In this document: positions 8,487 to 16,431 of the stretch, one piece after another
Position numbering within the stretch: position 1 is the first letter of the stretch
How the letters are laid out: the number at the start of each line of letters is the position of its first letter
Virus record (IMG/VR): IMGVR_UViG_3300021476_000007
Span: 1 to 47,198 of that record
Direction: 5' to 3' (one strand)
Length of the DNA stretch: 47,198 bases
Origin: a virus
Lineage: Duplodnaviria > Caudoviricetes
The notes under the pieces: generated by a model
The model's database searches: none
Seen by the model: only the letters and a program-made list of their open reading frames with translations
What the model was told of the DNA's origin: nothing
Translations under genes and position numbers: made by a program

Positions 8487-8606
8487 TCAAATCCTAACGT
8501 TGTGGGTGGGGTGTTGGTTGACAGGGGCCGGAGGCGCGCACGGTTTCGGCAACACAATGACCCCCACAAGGTATCCCAACACGAAGGCAGCGAGGAGGCG
8601 GATCAC
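8487..8606 (-). CDS. 39-aa membrane peptide MIRLLAAFVLGYLVGVIVLPKPC... (not in ORF track)
   Basis: GTGA overlap with the SPFH stop; single hydrophobic segment. Confidence 0.45.
   Translation of the reverse strand: MIRLLAAFVLGYLVGVIVLPKPCAPPAPVNQHPTHNVRI
8496..8522 (-). promoter_or_regulatory. ECF-like promoter motif copy (GTCAACC-N16-CGTT)
   Basis: Minus strand GTCAACCAACACCCCACCCACAACGTT. Confidence 0.6.
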
Positions 8607-9427
8607 TTCACTGCTCCGACCAACGGGAGCGGCTGTTGCGCCCCCATGTACTGAGGCATCTGACCGTTCCAGCGCCGGATGGCCTCCAGCCGCAGATAGG
8701 ACTCGCCGCCCGCTGCCGTGATGGTCTGGACTTGTGCCTGGATGGCCTTGGCCTCGCCCTCTGCCTTGATGACGGCGGCATCTGCGACGCCCTTAGCCTC
8801 CATCCGCACCTTGTCCGCTGCGAAGGTCGCCGCCCGGAGTTGGTTCTGCTGGTCTACGACCTTGGCCGTGCTGTCAGAGATAACACGGGGGATCGAGACG
8901 TTGGTGAAGACGATCTGGCCCACGTCCAAGTCCTTCTCCAGACCCTCGGCTTTGATCTTCGAGTTCACGTCTGTCTGGATCAGGCCGACGATCTCGTCTC
9001 GCTTGTCGTTGACCACCAGGGCCGGGTACTTCGCGATGGCGTCGGAGACAGCGCTGCGGACAAACTGCGAGACGAAGGTGTACATGGGGAAAATCTCGCC
9101 AGCCTGTTCCGCGTGGTAGGCCGCACTGTACTTCGTGTACAAGGACGGAATCGCGGCAGGGTTGACCCGATAGGTGAATTGAAGATCGATGTCCTCCATT
9201 GGGAGCTTGTCGGCGGTGACGGGGTGAAGGTCCTTGACCGGGACGAGCACCTCGCGGGCAGAGAAGACGAGCACGGAGCCGAGGACGGTCTGGTGAAAGC
9301 CGGTGCCCAGAGGCTCGGTCTGGACTGTCCCGCTGAACTCCTTTCTCAGACCGACTTCGCCCGTCTCAACTCGGGTACAGCCTGTTAATGCAGCAATGAC
9401 TGCGGCAGCGATGATGGTGCGTTTCAT
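8603..9427 (-). CDS. SPFH / band 7 / prohibitin-family lipoprotein
   Basis: Signal peptide with lipobox LTGC, RVETGEVGL, AEGEAKAI coiled coil, RWNGQMP C-terminal motif. Confidence 0.88.
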   Translation of the reverse strand: MKRTIIAAAVIAALTGCTRVETGEVGLRKEFSGTVQTEPLGTGFHQTVLGSVLVFSAREVLVPVKDLHPVTADKLPMEDIDLQFTYRVNPAAIPSLYTKYSAAYHAEQAGEIFPMYTFVSQFVRSAVSDAIAKYPALVVNDKRDEIVGLIQTDVNSKIKAEGLEKDLDVGQIVFTNVSIPRVISDSTAKVVDQQNQLRAATFAADKVRMEAKGVADAAVIKAEGEAKAIQAQVQTITAAGGESYLRLEAIRRWNGQMPQYMGAQQPLPLVGAVK

Positions 9428-9434
9428 AGGGCCC

Positions 9435-9641
9435 TCAGTTGAAAAGGAAACAAACGATCAAAAGTGCTGTGGTCAAGGCGAAAGCAAGAATGCCCGCCAG
9501 AAGGGGAATGCGGATCTTGCGCCAGATGGTTTTGCGTTGGTCGCGGGTGAATACAAACAGTTGGTTCAAGACGAATGCGTTGACAACCCAAAAGAATAGG
9601 AAGAAAGCCTCCAACCTCCAAGTGAAGAATTCACGAAGCAT
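9435..9641 (-). CDS. Small two-TM membrane protein
   Basis: Two hydrophobic segments; GTG start with GAAGGGG upstream. Confidence 0.55.
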   Translation of the reverse strand: MLREFFTWRLEAFFLFFWVVNAFVLNQLFVFTRDQRKTIWRKIRIPLLAGILAFALTTALLIVCFLFN

Positions 9642-9653
9642 CGTGCTTCCCCT

Positions 9654-10580
9654 TCATGATGTCCCCTTCTCATCCAAGTTCGTCTCAGTCCTGAGCAACG
9701 GGTCCCACCGCCGCCGCTCGAAGTAAGCCGGCAGAAGGTCACTGGGATCCCGCATCTTGCACACCTGCTGGAACATGCAGCCCCCGTACTCAGAGCACGC
9801 GTGGTCCAGGTTGTAATCCCAAAAACCGTCCTTCCAACACTGCACCATCCGCTGCACATCGCGGACAGTCTGTTCCAGCCAACGGTCCACCTCCCACTGC
9901 GGGCGGTAAGTGATCGCCTCGGCGGAGTCGTACTTAGTCTTGAGGATGGAAACTCCCCGGATCAGGAATCCGTCTAGATGGACGCCAAGCTCGCCGAACC
10001 CCCAGACGTAGCCGGTGAATTGCGAGCGGAGGTCCCACTGCCGCGCCCAGGAGGCGCCCAGTTGGGAAGTGGTCTTGTCATCCTCGCCGAACTTGCCCTT
10101 GGCGTAATTCACCAGTTGGTCGGCCCGTCCCGTGTACAGGACGAGGCTGCCGGTCTCGGGGTTCTCGACGGGGAGCGGCGTGGCGAAGCTCACCTCGATG
10201 GCCCGGCTGAGACCTTGATGCAGAGCCAAAGGCTCAGTCGCCGTGATGTCGAATCGGTCCATGTAGTAGTTGTACGCGCCGATCATGCGGTCCTTGGACT
10301 TCGTCGAGTCGGGTGGGCACTGGAAATCTCCGTAAGCTTCTGCCAGGGCTTCTTGTCCTGCCCGGATAGCAATCGCCTTGGGAGCCGTCTCTATCCAAAA
10401 ACGTTTCCGCGCTATTTCCAACCCCTTAGCGAAGGAAGCCCCGGCATGAAGGTGAACGTTGGACGACTTCGGCTTCCAGTGCTCCATGTACTCGAGGTAG
10501 AAGCGCTGCGGGCACGAGCGAAAGGAACCCACCAAGGTGGAGTCGAGGGACTCGGGGAAGGGCGGGCGGAGAAAGGGCAT
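9654..10580 (-). CDS. PD-(D/E)XK Cas4-like exonuclease
   Basis: SCPQRF, GRAD, EDDKTT, QFTGY and C-terminal C-x5-C-x5-C forming an Fe-S staple pattern. Confidence 0.85.
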   Translation of the reverse strand: MPFLRPPFPESLDSTLVGSFRSCPQRFYLEYMEHWKPKSSNVHLHAGASFAKGLEIARKRFWIETAPKAIAIRAGQEALAEAYGDFQCPPDSTKSKDRMIGAYNYYMDRFDITATEPLALHQGLSRAIEVSFATPLPVENPETGSLVLYTGRADQLVNYAKGKFGEDDKTTSQLGASWARQWDLRSQFTGYVWGFGELGVHLDGFLIRGVSILKTKYDSAEAITYRPQWEVDRWLEQTVRDVQRMVQCWKDGFWDYNLDHACSEYGGCMFQQVCKMRDPSDLLPAYFERRRWDPLLRTETNLDEKGTS

Positions 10581-10858
10581 CAGAGACCCTCTTGCTCAGC
10601 AATATCGGCAGCCAGGCAGAGAGCAATCAGGCGCCGGTCTTTGTTACGCTGTAGCAGCACATTACCGAACCAGCCCCCTTCTTTCTCCTTGGAGGAATCG
10701 CGTTCAGGGTGATACAAACCCCGGAAATACTCTAAGGCTTTCTTGCGGGTTTTGGCAGCAGCTTCCACACACTCGATTGAGTTACAGCAAAAAAGGGAAC
10801 CCACACCTTCCGCCATCATCTCCGCCGCTACGCGGAACACTCCAGAAATCTTCATCAT
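10580..10858 (-). CDS. Hypothetical protein
   Basis: TGATG overlap with the nuclease start; GGGAG RBS. Confidence 0.6.
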   Translation of the reverse strand: MMKISGVFRVAAEMMAEGVGSLFCCNSIECVEAAAKTRKKALEYFRGLYHPERDSSKEKEGGWFGNVLLQRNKDRRLIALCLAADIAEQEGL

Positions 10859-10913
10859 CTTTCTCCCAAGACTTCAACAATTGCACTCGATAGTCAAGAT
10901 CAGTCGTGGCCGT

Positions 10914-11138
10914 TCATGGCGCACAGTGCCGCAAGAAGTCCTGCCGGTCTGCGAAATCGTCTGCCGTCTCCTCGGCGGGCGTGCCGTCCGGGTCCATCGC
11001 GGGATGGGAGATCCGGTCCCAAAGCGCCTCGCAGTGCTCTTGCCGCGTCCGCTCGACGGCGGTCCGGTTGGCGACGAGGTTGATAAGGCTAATCCCCGCC
11101 GCAAGGATGAAAGCTAAGAAGAACAGACGCAGGCTCAT
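10914..11138 (-). CDS. Small protein with N-terminal TM or signal segment
   Basis: Hydrophobic N-terminus LFFLAFILAAGISLI. Confidence 0.5.
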   Translation of the reverse strand: MSLRLFFLAFILAAGISLINLVANRTAVERTRQEHCEALWDRISHPAMDPDGTPAEETADDFADRQDFLRHCAP

Positions 11139-11194
11139 TCACCTTGCTCCGCGAGGTCGGCGGGGGGGCACTTTCGCTTTGCAGCTCCCAGCAT

Positions 11195-11416
11195 TCATGC
11201 TACCTCCCTGAGTTTCTTCACGATTTCCCCAACTTCCTTAACCACGGCCTTGGCCTTCTTCTTCCGAGCCCCCTCGCTGGCATGGAAGGCAGCACGCCTG
11301 TCCTCGCGCATCAGAGAGAATCCTTCGTGCAACTCCTCCTCGGAGAGAGCCTCGCCGCGTGTCACCTTGAGTTCAAGCTCGGCCTTCCGGGCGCGCTGCT
11401 CTTGGGTCAGGCTCAT
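11195..11416 (-). CDS. Hypothetical basic helical protein
   Basis: ATG at 11416 with GGAG upstream. Confidence 0.55.
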   Translation of the reverse strand: MSLTQEQRARKAELELKVTRGEALSEEELHEGFSLMREDRRAAFHASEGARKKKAKAVVKEVGEIVKKLREVA

Positions 11417-11659
11417 TCCCCACTCCGGATGATCTTGGCAAGTTCCTCGAACGCGGTGGCGGCACCCCATGCTGCATCCATCTCCGGAGTCATTTGTACC
11501 ATCCCTCCATCATGATCCGGTAGCGGGCAAGCTTTTCAATCACGGCTTCGCTTCCAGCGCAGACGCCTCGACCTACCCAGAACAAGAAGTAGAAGAAGAG
11601 GGCGATTGAGAGCAACAGACAGTCCCCGACCAGAAACACCACAGTTATGGTGAGATATT

Positions 11660-11974
11660 TCATGGTGAATCTACCCCAATCCAGACCGGCATCTCGCGGG
11701 CGTGGCCTCGCGGGTCCTTCGCCCGCTGGTACTCGCCTGTGCGGACAATGAAGCCCTTCTTGACAGCGCCGTTGCAGATCGCGCCATAGGAATTGACGTG
11801 CCGAGGTGCCGGGCCGTCAAGGCGGCGCCACTCCAGGCGAACGTCCTCCAGGGTGAATTCCATGTTCATATTGGCGTACCCGCGAAGGAAACGCAGGAAG
11901 TTAGTCGCCCAAATCTTCTGGTCCGACAGCGCCCTGCCCATCCCTTCCCCTTTTAATTCAACTCCACTGGACAT
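11660..11974 (-). CDS. Hypothetical protein, possible winged-helix
   Basis: FTLEDVR...NSYGAICNGAVKKGFIVRTG pattern; GGAGG RBS. Confidence 0.55.
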   Translation of the reverse strand: MSSGVELKGEGMGRALSDQKIWATNFLRFLRGYANMNMEFTLEDVRLEWRRLDGPAPRHVNSYGAICNGAVKKGFIVRTGEYQRAKDPRGHAREMPVWIGVDSP

Positions 11975-12246
11975 CTCGGCCTCCATTGATGAAGAAAGGT
12001 AAACCTCCCGCACTTGCACATGCTCTTACCCAGCGGGTGCAACCTAAACACCCCCTCGATTACCTCTTCCGTCGCCCACACTTCAAACTTCCCCCGGGCC
12101 ATTCCCCACCCCAGCCCTTTCGGGCTCCCGGGTTCGAGGCACTTCAGCACCTTGCCCAATATAGGGCGGAATTTCGGATCAGCAGTCTCGACGAGCCGGT
12201 AGAACTTGCCGAGTCTCGGGTGGAACCCGGAGGGGGTCTGGGACAT
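11953..12246 (-). CDS. Hypothetical protein
   Basis: AGGA RBS and a promoter motif upstream. Confidence 0.5.
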   Translation of the reverse strand: MSQTPSGFHPRLGKFYRLVETADPKFRPILGKVLKCLEPGSPKGLGWGMARGKFEVWATEEVIEGVFRLHPLGKSMCKCGRFTFLHQWRPRCPVELN

Positions 12247-12274
12247 GGTTTTTTCCTGAGGTTATATCGCCTTC

Positions 12275-12300
12275 AACGCACAGCAGTCGATTTGGTTGAC
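12275..12300 (-). promoter_or_regulatory. ECF-like promoter motif copy (GTCAACC-N15-CGTT)
   Basis: Minus strand GTCAACCAAATCGACTGCTGTGCGTT, intergenic. Confidence 0.72.
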
Positions 12301-12317
12301 ATGGCGAACCCGCGGTT

Positions 12318-12557
12318 TCACCAAACGTCGCCATTCTCTTCGCGCTTCTTGTCTTCGTAGGGATACAGGAACCGCCGGGCGTACTCGAGCTTCAGGCACT
12401 CGAGGGCCCCGACGATTTCATTGTGCATAGCGTAGCATTCTATGTCTTTCTCTTTGTACTCCTGAATCACTTGTGCCAGTTTAAAAGCCAGTTCCCCCGG
12501 AAAAATTGCTTTGTGCGTCTTCAGATAGTTCCGCGTTTCATCTTTAACATAGGGCAT
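12318..12557 (-). CDS. Conserved phage hypothetical protein (DUF6899-like)
   Basis: MPY...PGEL...GALECLKLEYARR..YPYEDKK...NGDV pattern; AGGAG RBS. Confidence 0.7.
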   Translation of the reverse strand: MPYVKDETRNYLKTHKAIFPGELAFKLAQVIQEYKEKDIECYAMHNEIVGALECLKLEYARRFLYPYEDKKREENGDVW

Positions 12558-12587
12558 GACACTCTCCTATTAAATCTAAACACGTCT

Positions 12588-12620
12588 TAACAAGAAGCGA
12601 GGGCCCCCCGAGGGAGCCCT
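12588..12620 (-). terminator. Possible intrinsic terminator
   Basis: Minus strand AGGGCTCCC-TCG-GGGGGCCCT hairpin followed by CGCTTCTTGTT. Confidence 0.4.
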
Positions 12621-12651
12621 TCACGAGTATGGCGAGGGAAAGGAGGTAACC

Positions 12652-13059
12652 TCACTCGTGTGCCTGACCTTGCACGCTTGGCGGTAGGTCGCCACCCTGT
12701 TCGGATTTTCGGTAGGTGTAGCTGACCAACTGCAACAGGTTGTTGCTGTCCTTGGCTTTGACGCGTTCCCATCGCCTCGAGAGCCAGAACACAGTACCGT
12801 GCAGGTAATGCTTGATGACTCCGTTCACGTACTTTCGGCGCTGCTTGTACGCCTCAAACGGTTCCCCCGGGAGCCGCGCATTGCTGAGCATCTCCTTTCG
12901 CGACAAGGGCAGACCCGCTTCCCCCTCCCCCGCCGTATCAGGGACAGGGGAGGGGCCGGGCGCGGCGGCTAGGGAGGGGAATGAGCCAGGGAAGCTCTCC
13001 GCCGCAGGGGGATCGTCATTGTAGCGTGATTCGTGGGTCATAGTGGGAGCACCAGTCAA
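12652..13059 (-). CDS. Hypothetical protein (start uncertain)
   Basis: ORF in the dense minus-strand gene array. Confidence 0.5.
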   Translation of the reverse strand: MTGAPTMTHESRYNDDPPAAESFPGSFPSLAAAPGPSPVPDTAGEGEAGLPLSRKEMLSNARLPGEPFEAYKQRRKYVNGVIKHYLHGTVFWLSRRWERVKAKDSNNLLQLVSYTYRKSEQGGDLPPSVQGQAHE

Positions 13060-13297
13060 TTTCAGGATTGACGGTCGCCCAAGTCGTGCGGATCTCCGTT
13101 CGCATACCGACCTGTTGCGTGATCGGGTGAACTACGGGGATGTTCAGCACGATCACTTTCGGCTCGAAGCGGCAAGAGTCGATGCGCTCTCCGTCTCGGG
13201 CCGGGATGCGGTCGAAGTACTTGCAGGAATTGCAGGAATTGCAGGCTGGGCCATTATCCCCCGCTGCCGGGCCAAAACTGTTAGGGTCGATCAACAT
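13016..13297 (-). CDS. Small Cys-containing protein (CxxC...CR..P...WC)
   Basis: GGGAGG RBS; CNSCKYF...CRFEP...DWCSHY. Confidence 0.65.
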   Translation of the reverse strand: MLIDPNSFGPAAGDNGPACNSCNSCKYFDRIPARDGERIDSCRFEPKVIVLNIPVVHPITQQVGMRTEIRTTWATVNPEIDWCSHYDPRITLQ

Positions 13298-13364
13298 TCT
13301 TAACCTCCCTGGTCGTCAGACCACAACTCAAGGGTGCCATCACCCCGGTCCAACGTGCGTATAG

Positions 13365-13586
13365 TCATAGTCCCGGCTCCTCGTCATCGAAGGGCGCCCC
13401 CACGAGGGGTTCCACCGGTCTCACCGATATTCCAATTTCGGGTCTCTTGTTTGGCGCCTCGAGGCTGGCCAGCCGCTTCTCCAGTTTGTTCGCGAATCCT
13501 GCGGGCACCATCAAGTGCGCCTTCCCATCGATGGTGACAATCTGGACTTCCTTGCGGGTGAGAGGCATATCGGGAAGCTTGCTCAT
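13365..13586 (-). CDS. Hypothetical protein
   Basis: ATGA-coupled to the upstream ORF. Confidence 0.6.
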   Translation of the reverse strand: MSKLPDMPLTRKEVQIVTIDGKAHLMVPAGFANKLEKRLASLEAPNKRPEIGISVRPVEPLVGAPFDDEEPGL

Positions 13587-13780
13587 GACGCGGGCCTCAG
13601 AATAGCCAGGGCCTCGCCGGGCTGCATGGTGATCTGGATGGGCGTAGGTTGCCCGCCGACTTGGATACTGACGGCCTCGGGCAACCCTGGCGGTACGCGG
13701 AACAGGATAGACGAGTCCCCTACGTTCGCCAGCGCGTTGAGCAGCAACGTGAAGATGTTGCGAAGATCTTGATTGGTCAT
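13583..13780 (-). CDS. Hypothetical protein
   Basis: AGGGG RBS; coupled to the next ORF. Confidence 0.55.
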   Translation of the reverse strand: MTNQDLRNIFTLLLNALANVGDSSILFRVPPGLPEAVSIQVGGQPTPIQITMQPGEALAILRPAS

Positions 13781-14035
13781 GCGGCTTTCCCCTGTAGCTT
13801 GACCCAGTAAATGGGCGATTGCGGATTCCAGCGGGTCATCACCTTGCCGTGCTTCGGTTGGGTGCGCCCGTTCCCCCGGCCCGCTTTGCGAGCAGCGCGG
13901 GAATTGGTGTGCTTGGCATTCTTGCTCACTTGCGTCTCGTAATCCAGAAGAGAAGCAGCCGTGCCACGCCGACGATGATCATTATCGTGCCGACGATGAA
14001 CAGCGTCACGCCCAGCACGAAAGCTTCCCCCACAG

Positions 14036-14488
14036 TTACTCCCCCTTCTCGTCGCTCAGAAAAGACTGTTCCACTTCCGCAATCTTCTCTTCCTCCGACT
14101 TCCAATTCATCGCGTCTCGGATCAGGCGGGCCATCCGCCCATTCTCCCGCGACTCGAATACCACGATCCACTTTCCATCTTTCTGACAGCACTCGGTGCC
14201 GAAATCTCGGGCCCGCTCGAGTGCTCGATTAGTAAGCTCGTAGGTTCGACTCAGCACCTCCTCCTCGAGTTCCGCCAGCCCGCACAGGTGCTCGAGGCGG
14301 CACACCCCATGCACGGCCTTGTCGCCATCCTTGAGGATGCCCCGGGCGAAAGAGCACATCCCCGCTTTGATGCGCAGCGCGTCGGCGAACTTGTCGAAGG
14401 TGAGGCTAACCTCGCCCTTCTCGAGGATCTCCTTGAAGAGCCGCCATGCGTCTAGCGGGAATGCCGTCCAGTGTCGTCCCTTGCTCAT
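14036..14488 (-). CDS. Hypothetical protein
   Basis: ATG at 14488, 10 nt downstream of a promoter motif. Confidence 0.6.
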   Translation of the reverse strand: MSKGRHWTAFPLDAWRLFKEILEKGEVSLTFDKFADALRIKAGMCSFARGILKDGDKAVHGVCRLEHLCGLAELEEEVLSRTYELTNRALERARDFGTECCQKDGKWIVVFESRENGRMARLIRDAMNWKSEEEKIAEVEQSFLSDEKGE

Positions 14489-14498
14489 ACCTTCCCTC

Positions 14499-14524
14499 AA
14501 CGCACGGAGCGCCGATCGGTTGAC
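14499..14524 (-). promoter_or_regulatory. ECF-like promoter motif copy (GTCAACC-N15-CGTT)
   Basis: Minus strand GTCAACCGATCGGCGCTCCGTGCGTT, fills the intergenic gap. Confidence 0.72.
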
Positions 14525-14525
14525 A

Positions 14526-14732
14526 TCAGCCTCCGTCGCGTATCTTGCGAAGCACAGCGTAGGCTTTGTCCAGTTCCCGACACGTTACCAGGAGGTTATG
14601 GGCAAGGTGGGAAATGACCCGCTCGGGTGTCGCCCGCCCTTCGTCCAGGGCCTCGCTGGCAACGTCTATGGCAGTTTGTGCCCGCTGCATCCAGGTCTGT
14701 TTAGCCAACGGTGGGTAGTTCGGTAGATCCAT
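14526..14732 (-). CDS. Hypothetical protein
   Basis: GAGGAG RBS. Confidence 0.6.
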   Translation of the reverse strand: MDLPNYPPLAKQTWMQRAQTAIDVASEALDEGRATPERVISHLAHNLLVTCRELDKAYAVLRKIRDGG

Positions 14733-14972
14733 GATCTCTCCTCAATTCAATACAGTCGCCGAAACAATTAGGGGCGCCACAGGCAGGGCAGGTCGTTGGT
14801 CTAGTGGGGGAGCAACCCATCGGTATAGTCGCAGTCGATACGGAGGTCTGCGACGCGGAATTGTTGGGAGATAAACAAGCGCTCCCGGTTTTTGAGATAG
14901 GCATTTAAAGGACACGGTTTCAAGTCGATGCCGATATAGTACCAGACGAGATAGTACCCGTCGAAATCGTCG

Positions 14973-15224
14973 TCAAGTCTCATCCAAAAAACCCTTTGAG
15001 TAGTTGGCAGCGTCCCAAACGTCCCAAACGTCCCAAGCGGAGTTGGTCACGATAACAGTCTGTCTAGGTCGCTCGCTCGGACGGACTGCGTAGTCCGGCC
15101 AGATCTGGCGGGCGTTGGACAGGCATACGTGATGCACCTTGACGGAACCACCCCCGGGAAGCGCCATTGTTGCGTGGCTTTCTTCCAGGGGTCCGCCACA
15201 TTCCCAACAGAAACGGGCGCTCAT
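14973..15224 (-). CDS. Small Zn-finger-like protein
   Basis: CWEC...HHVC. Confidence 0.5.
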   Translation of the reverse strand: MSARFCWECGGPLEESHATMALPGGGSVKVHHVCLSNARQIWPDYAVRPSERPRQTVIVTNSAWDVWDVWDAANYSKGFLDET

Positions 15225-15230
15225 GGTCGG

Positions 15231-15581
15231 TCAATGCCGTAGCGGTGGCGGAGGTAAGATGGAACGTGCGCGCTTTTCCGACTCTCTCTCGATAGATTGC
15301 GCCTCCTCCTCCGTCATTTCACCTTGAGCAATTGACCAAGCTCGCAGGGCTACAGTCGCTTCCCGCAGGATACCAACGGTTACGTCAATGCGATGCTCGA
15401 TATTCACCATTATCTGCGCTGCTTCCTGATTACCCACTCTCTGATTGTCCGCTGCGATGCTGCATTCCGTCTTACGCAAGAAAAGGGTGTAGTTGAGAAG
15501 TGCTTCCCCAATTATTGCCAATTGTTCCACGCTGAGGCTGATGCTGAGTTTATCGTCGTCTTGCTTCTGCTGGTTGCTCAT
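15231..15581 (-). CDS. Hypothetical protein
   Basis: AAGGA RBS; ATGA-coupled. Confidence 0.6.
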   Translation of the reverse strand: MSNQQKQDDDKLSISLSVEQLAIIGEALLNYTLFLRKTECSIAADNQRVGNQEAAQIMVNIEHRIDVTVGILREATVALRAWSIAQGEMTEEEAQSIERESEKRARSILPPPPLRH

Positions 15582-15748
15582 TGCTTTCCTTTCTTGCGCT
15601 GAGGCTCGAAGTTAAAAATGGCTTGCGGTTGCGTCTTGCCCATTGCTTTCTCGGCAAGTTGTTTGCGGATTCGATCGAAGGTGCGACGGATATCCGTTTC
15701 GGCTGCGGGTACGTAGTAAAAGTCAGGATCGGTCAATCGTTTCGTCAT
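15578..15748 (-). CDS. 56-aa phage protein MTKRLTDPDFYYVPAAETDIRRTFDRIR... (not in ORF track)
   Basis: GGGAGG RBS, promoter motif directly upstream, ATGA overlap with the next gene. Confidence 0.7.
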   Translation of the reverse strand: MTKRLTDPDFYYVPAAETDIRRTFDRIRKQLAEKAMGKTQPQAIFNFEPQRKKGKQ

Positions 15749-15768
15749 GGTATCCTCCCAGATAGTTT

Positions 15769-15795
15769 AACGTTTGCGTATTGCGTTGGGTTGAC
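15769..15795 (-). promoter_or_regulatory. ECF-like promoter motif copy (GTCAACC-N16-CGTT)
   Basis: Minus strand GTCAACCCAACGCAATACGCAAACGTT, intergenic. Confidence 0.68.
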
Positions 15796-16013
15796 TACGA
15801 CTCGGCAGGGAAGCCGCATGCTCCCATAAATCGCCTCCGGTTGAATGCCTCGCAAGACTCCTGACTCACTGCCGCGAAAGCCTGCGCGCAACGCAGCAAG
15901 ATGTTGATGCGGGCTGCTTTGACATCCTCCAGACTGTCAGACTCGAGAATGTCGCGGCGAATAGCAGCAAGGCTTGCTGCCATTGCTACGAAATGCTTTC
16001 GGCTCATGCTCAT
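15795..16013 (-). CDS. Hypothetical early protein
   Basis: MSRKHF..MA...FNRRRFMGAC pattern, typical of small early phage genes. Confidence 0.65.
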   Translation of the reverse strand: MSMSRKHFVAMAASLAAIRRDILESDSLEDVKAARINILLRCAQAFAAVSQESCEAFNRRRFMGACGFPAES

Positions 16014-16357
16014 GCTGCATCACCCCGCGCCGCTTCGTTGTCGATGTATTCCGCCTCTTCCGCCTCACGAGGACAACAGACTGTTGGATCTGAAAGCTCG
16101 CCCGCCACCTTTGCTACGCTCGCCTCCGCAGCAAGTTCCGCCGACAGTTCTATCTCGCGCTCCGCCTCCTCAGCTGCAAGGAATTGCTGCCTGTCGAATT
16201 CGGCCTTAGCCGCGATTGCCGCTTTGACGCGAGCGATTGCCTTTTCTTCCGAATCCCCGGTACACAGCACCGGCATCGCGGGTCTGCGCCCGGGCACTAC
16301 CTGGATTGCGACCCAGTAAGGCTTAGCATGCAAGGGTTCAACTTTGTACGTTTCCAT
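16010..16357 (-). CDS. Hypothetical acidic protein
   Basis: TAAGGAG RBS before ATG at 16357. Confidence 0.6.
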   Translation of the reverse strand: METYKVEPLHAKPYWVAIQVVPGRRPAMPVLCTGDSEEKAIARVKAAIAAKAEFDRQQFLAAEEAEREIELSAELAAEASVAKVAGELSDPTVCCPREAEEAEYIDNEAARGDAA

Positions 16358-16431
16358 CTTAGACTGCTCCTTAGGCTGTCCGCACAACAATGTGCGCTGC
16401 GGGAGTCTGTCACACCCCCGAGGCTCACACT

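Noticed and set aside
9654-10580. CRISPR-Cas system suggested by the Cas4-like nuclease
   Set aside because: No repeat-spacer array or other cas genes; stand-alone Cas4-like nucleases are common in phage recombination modules
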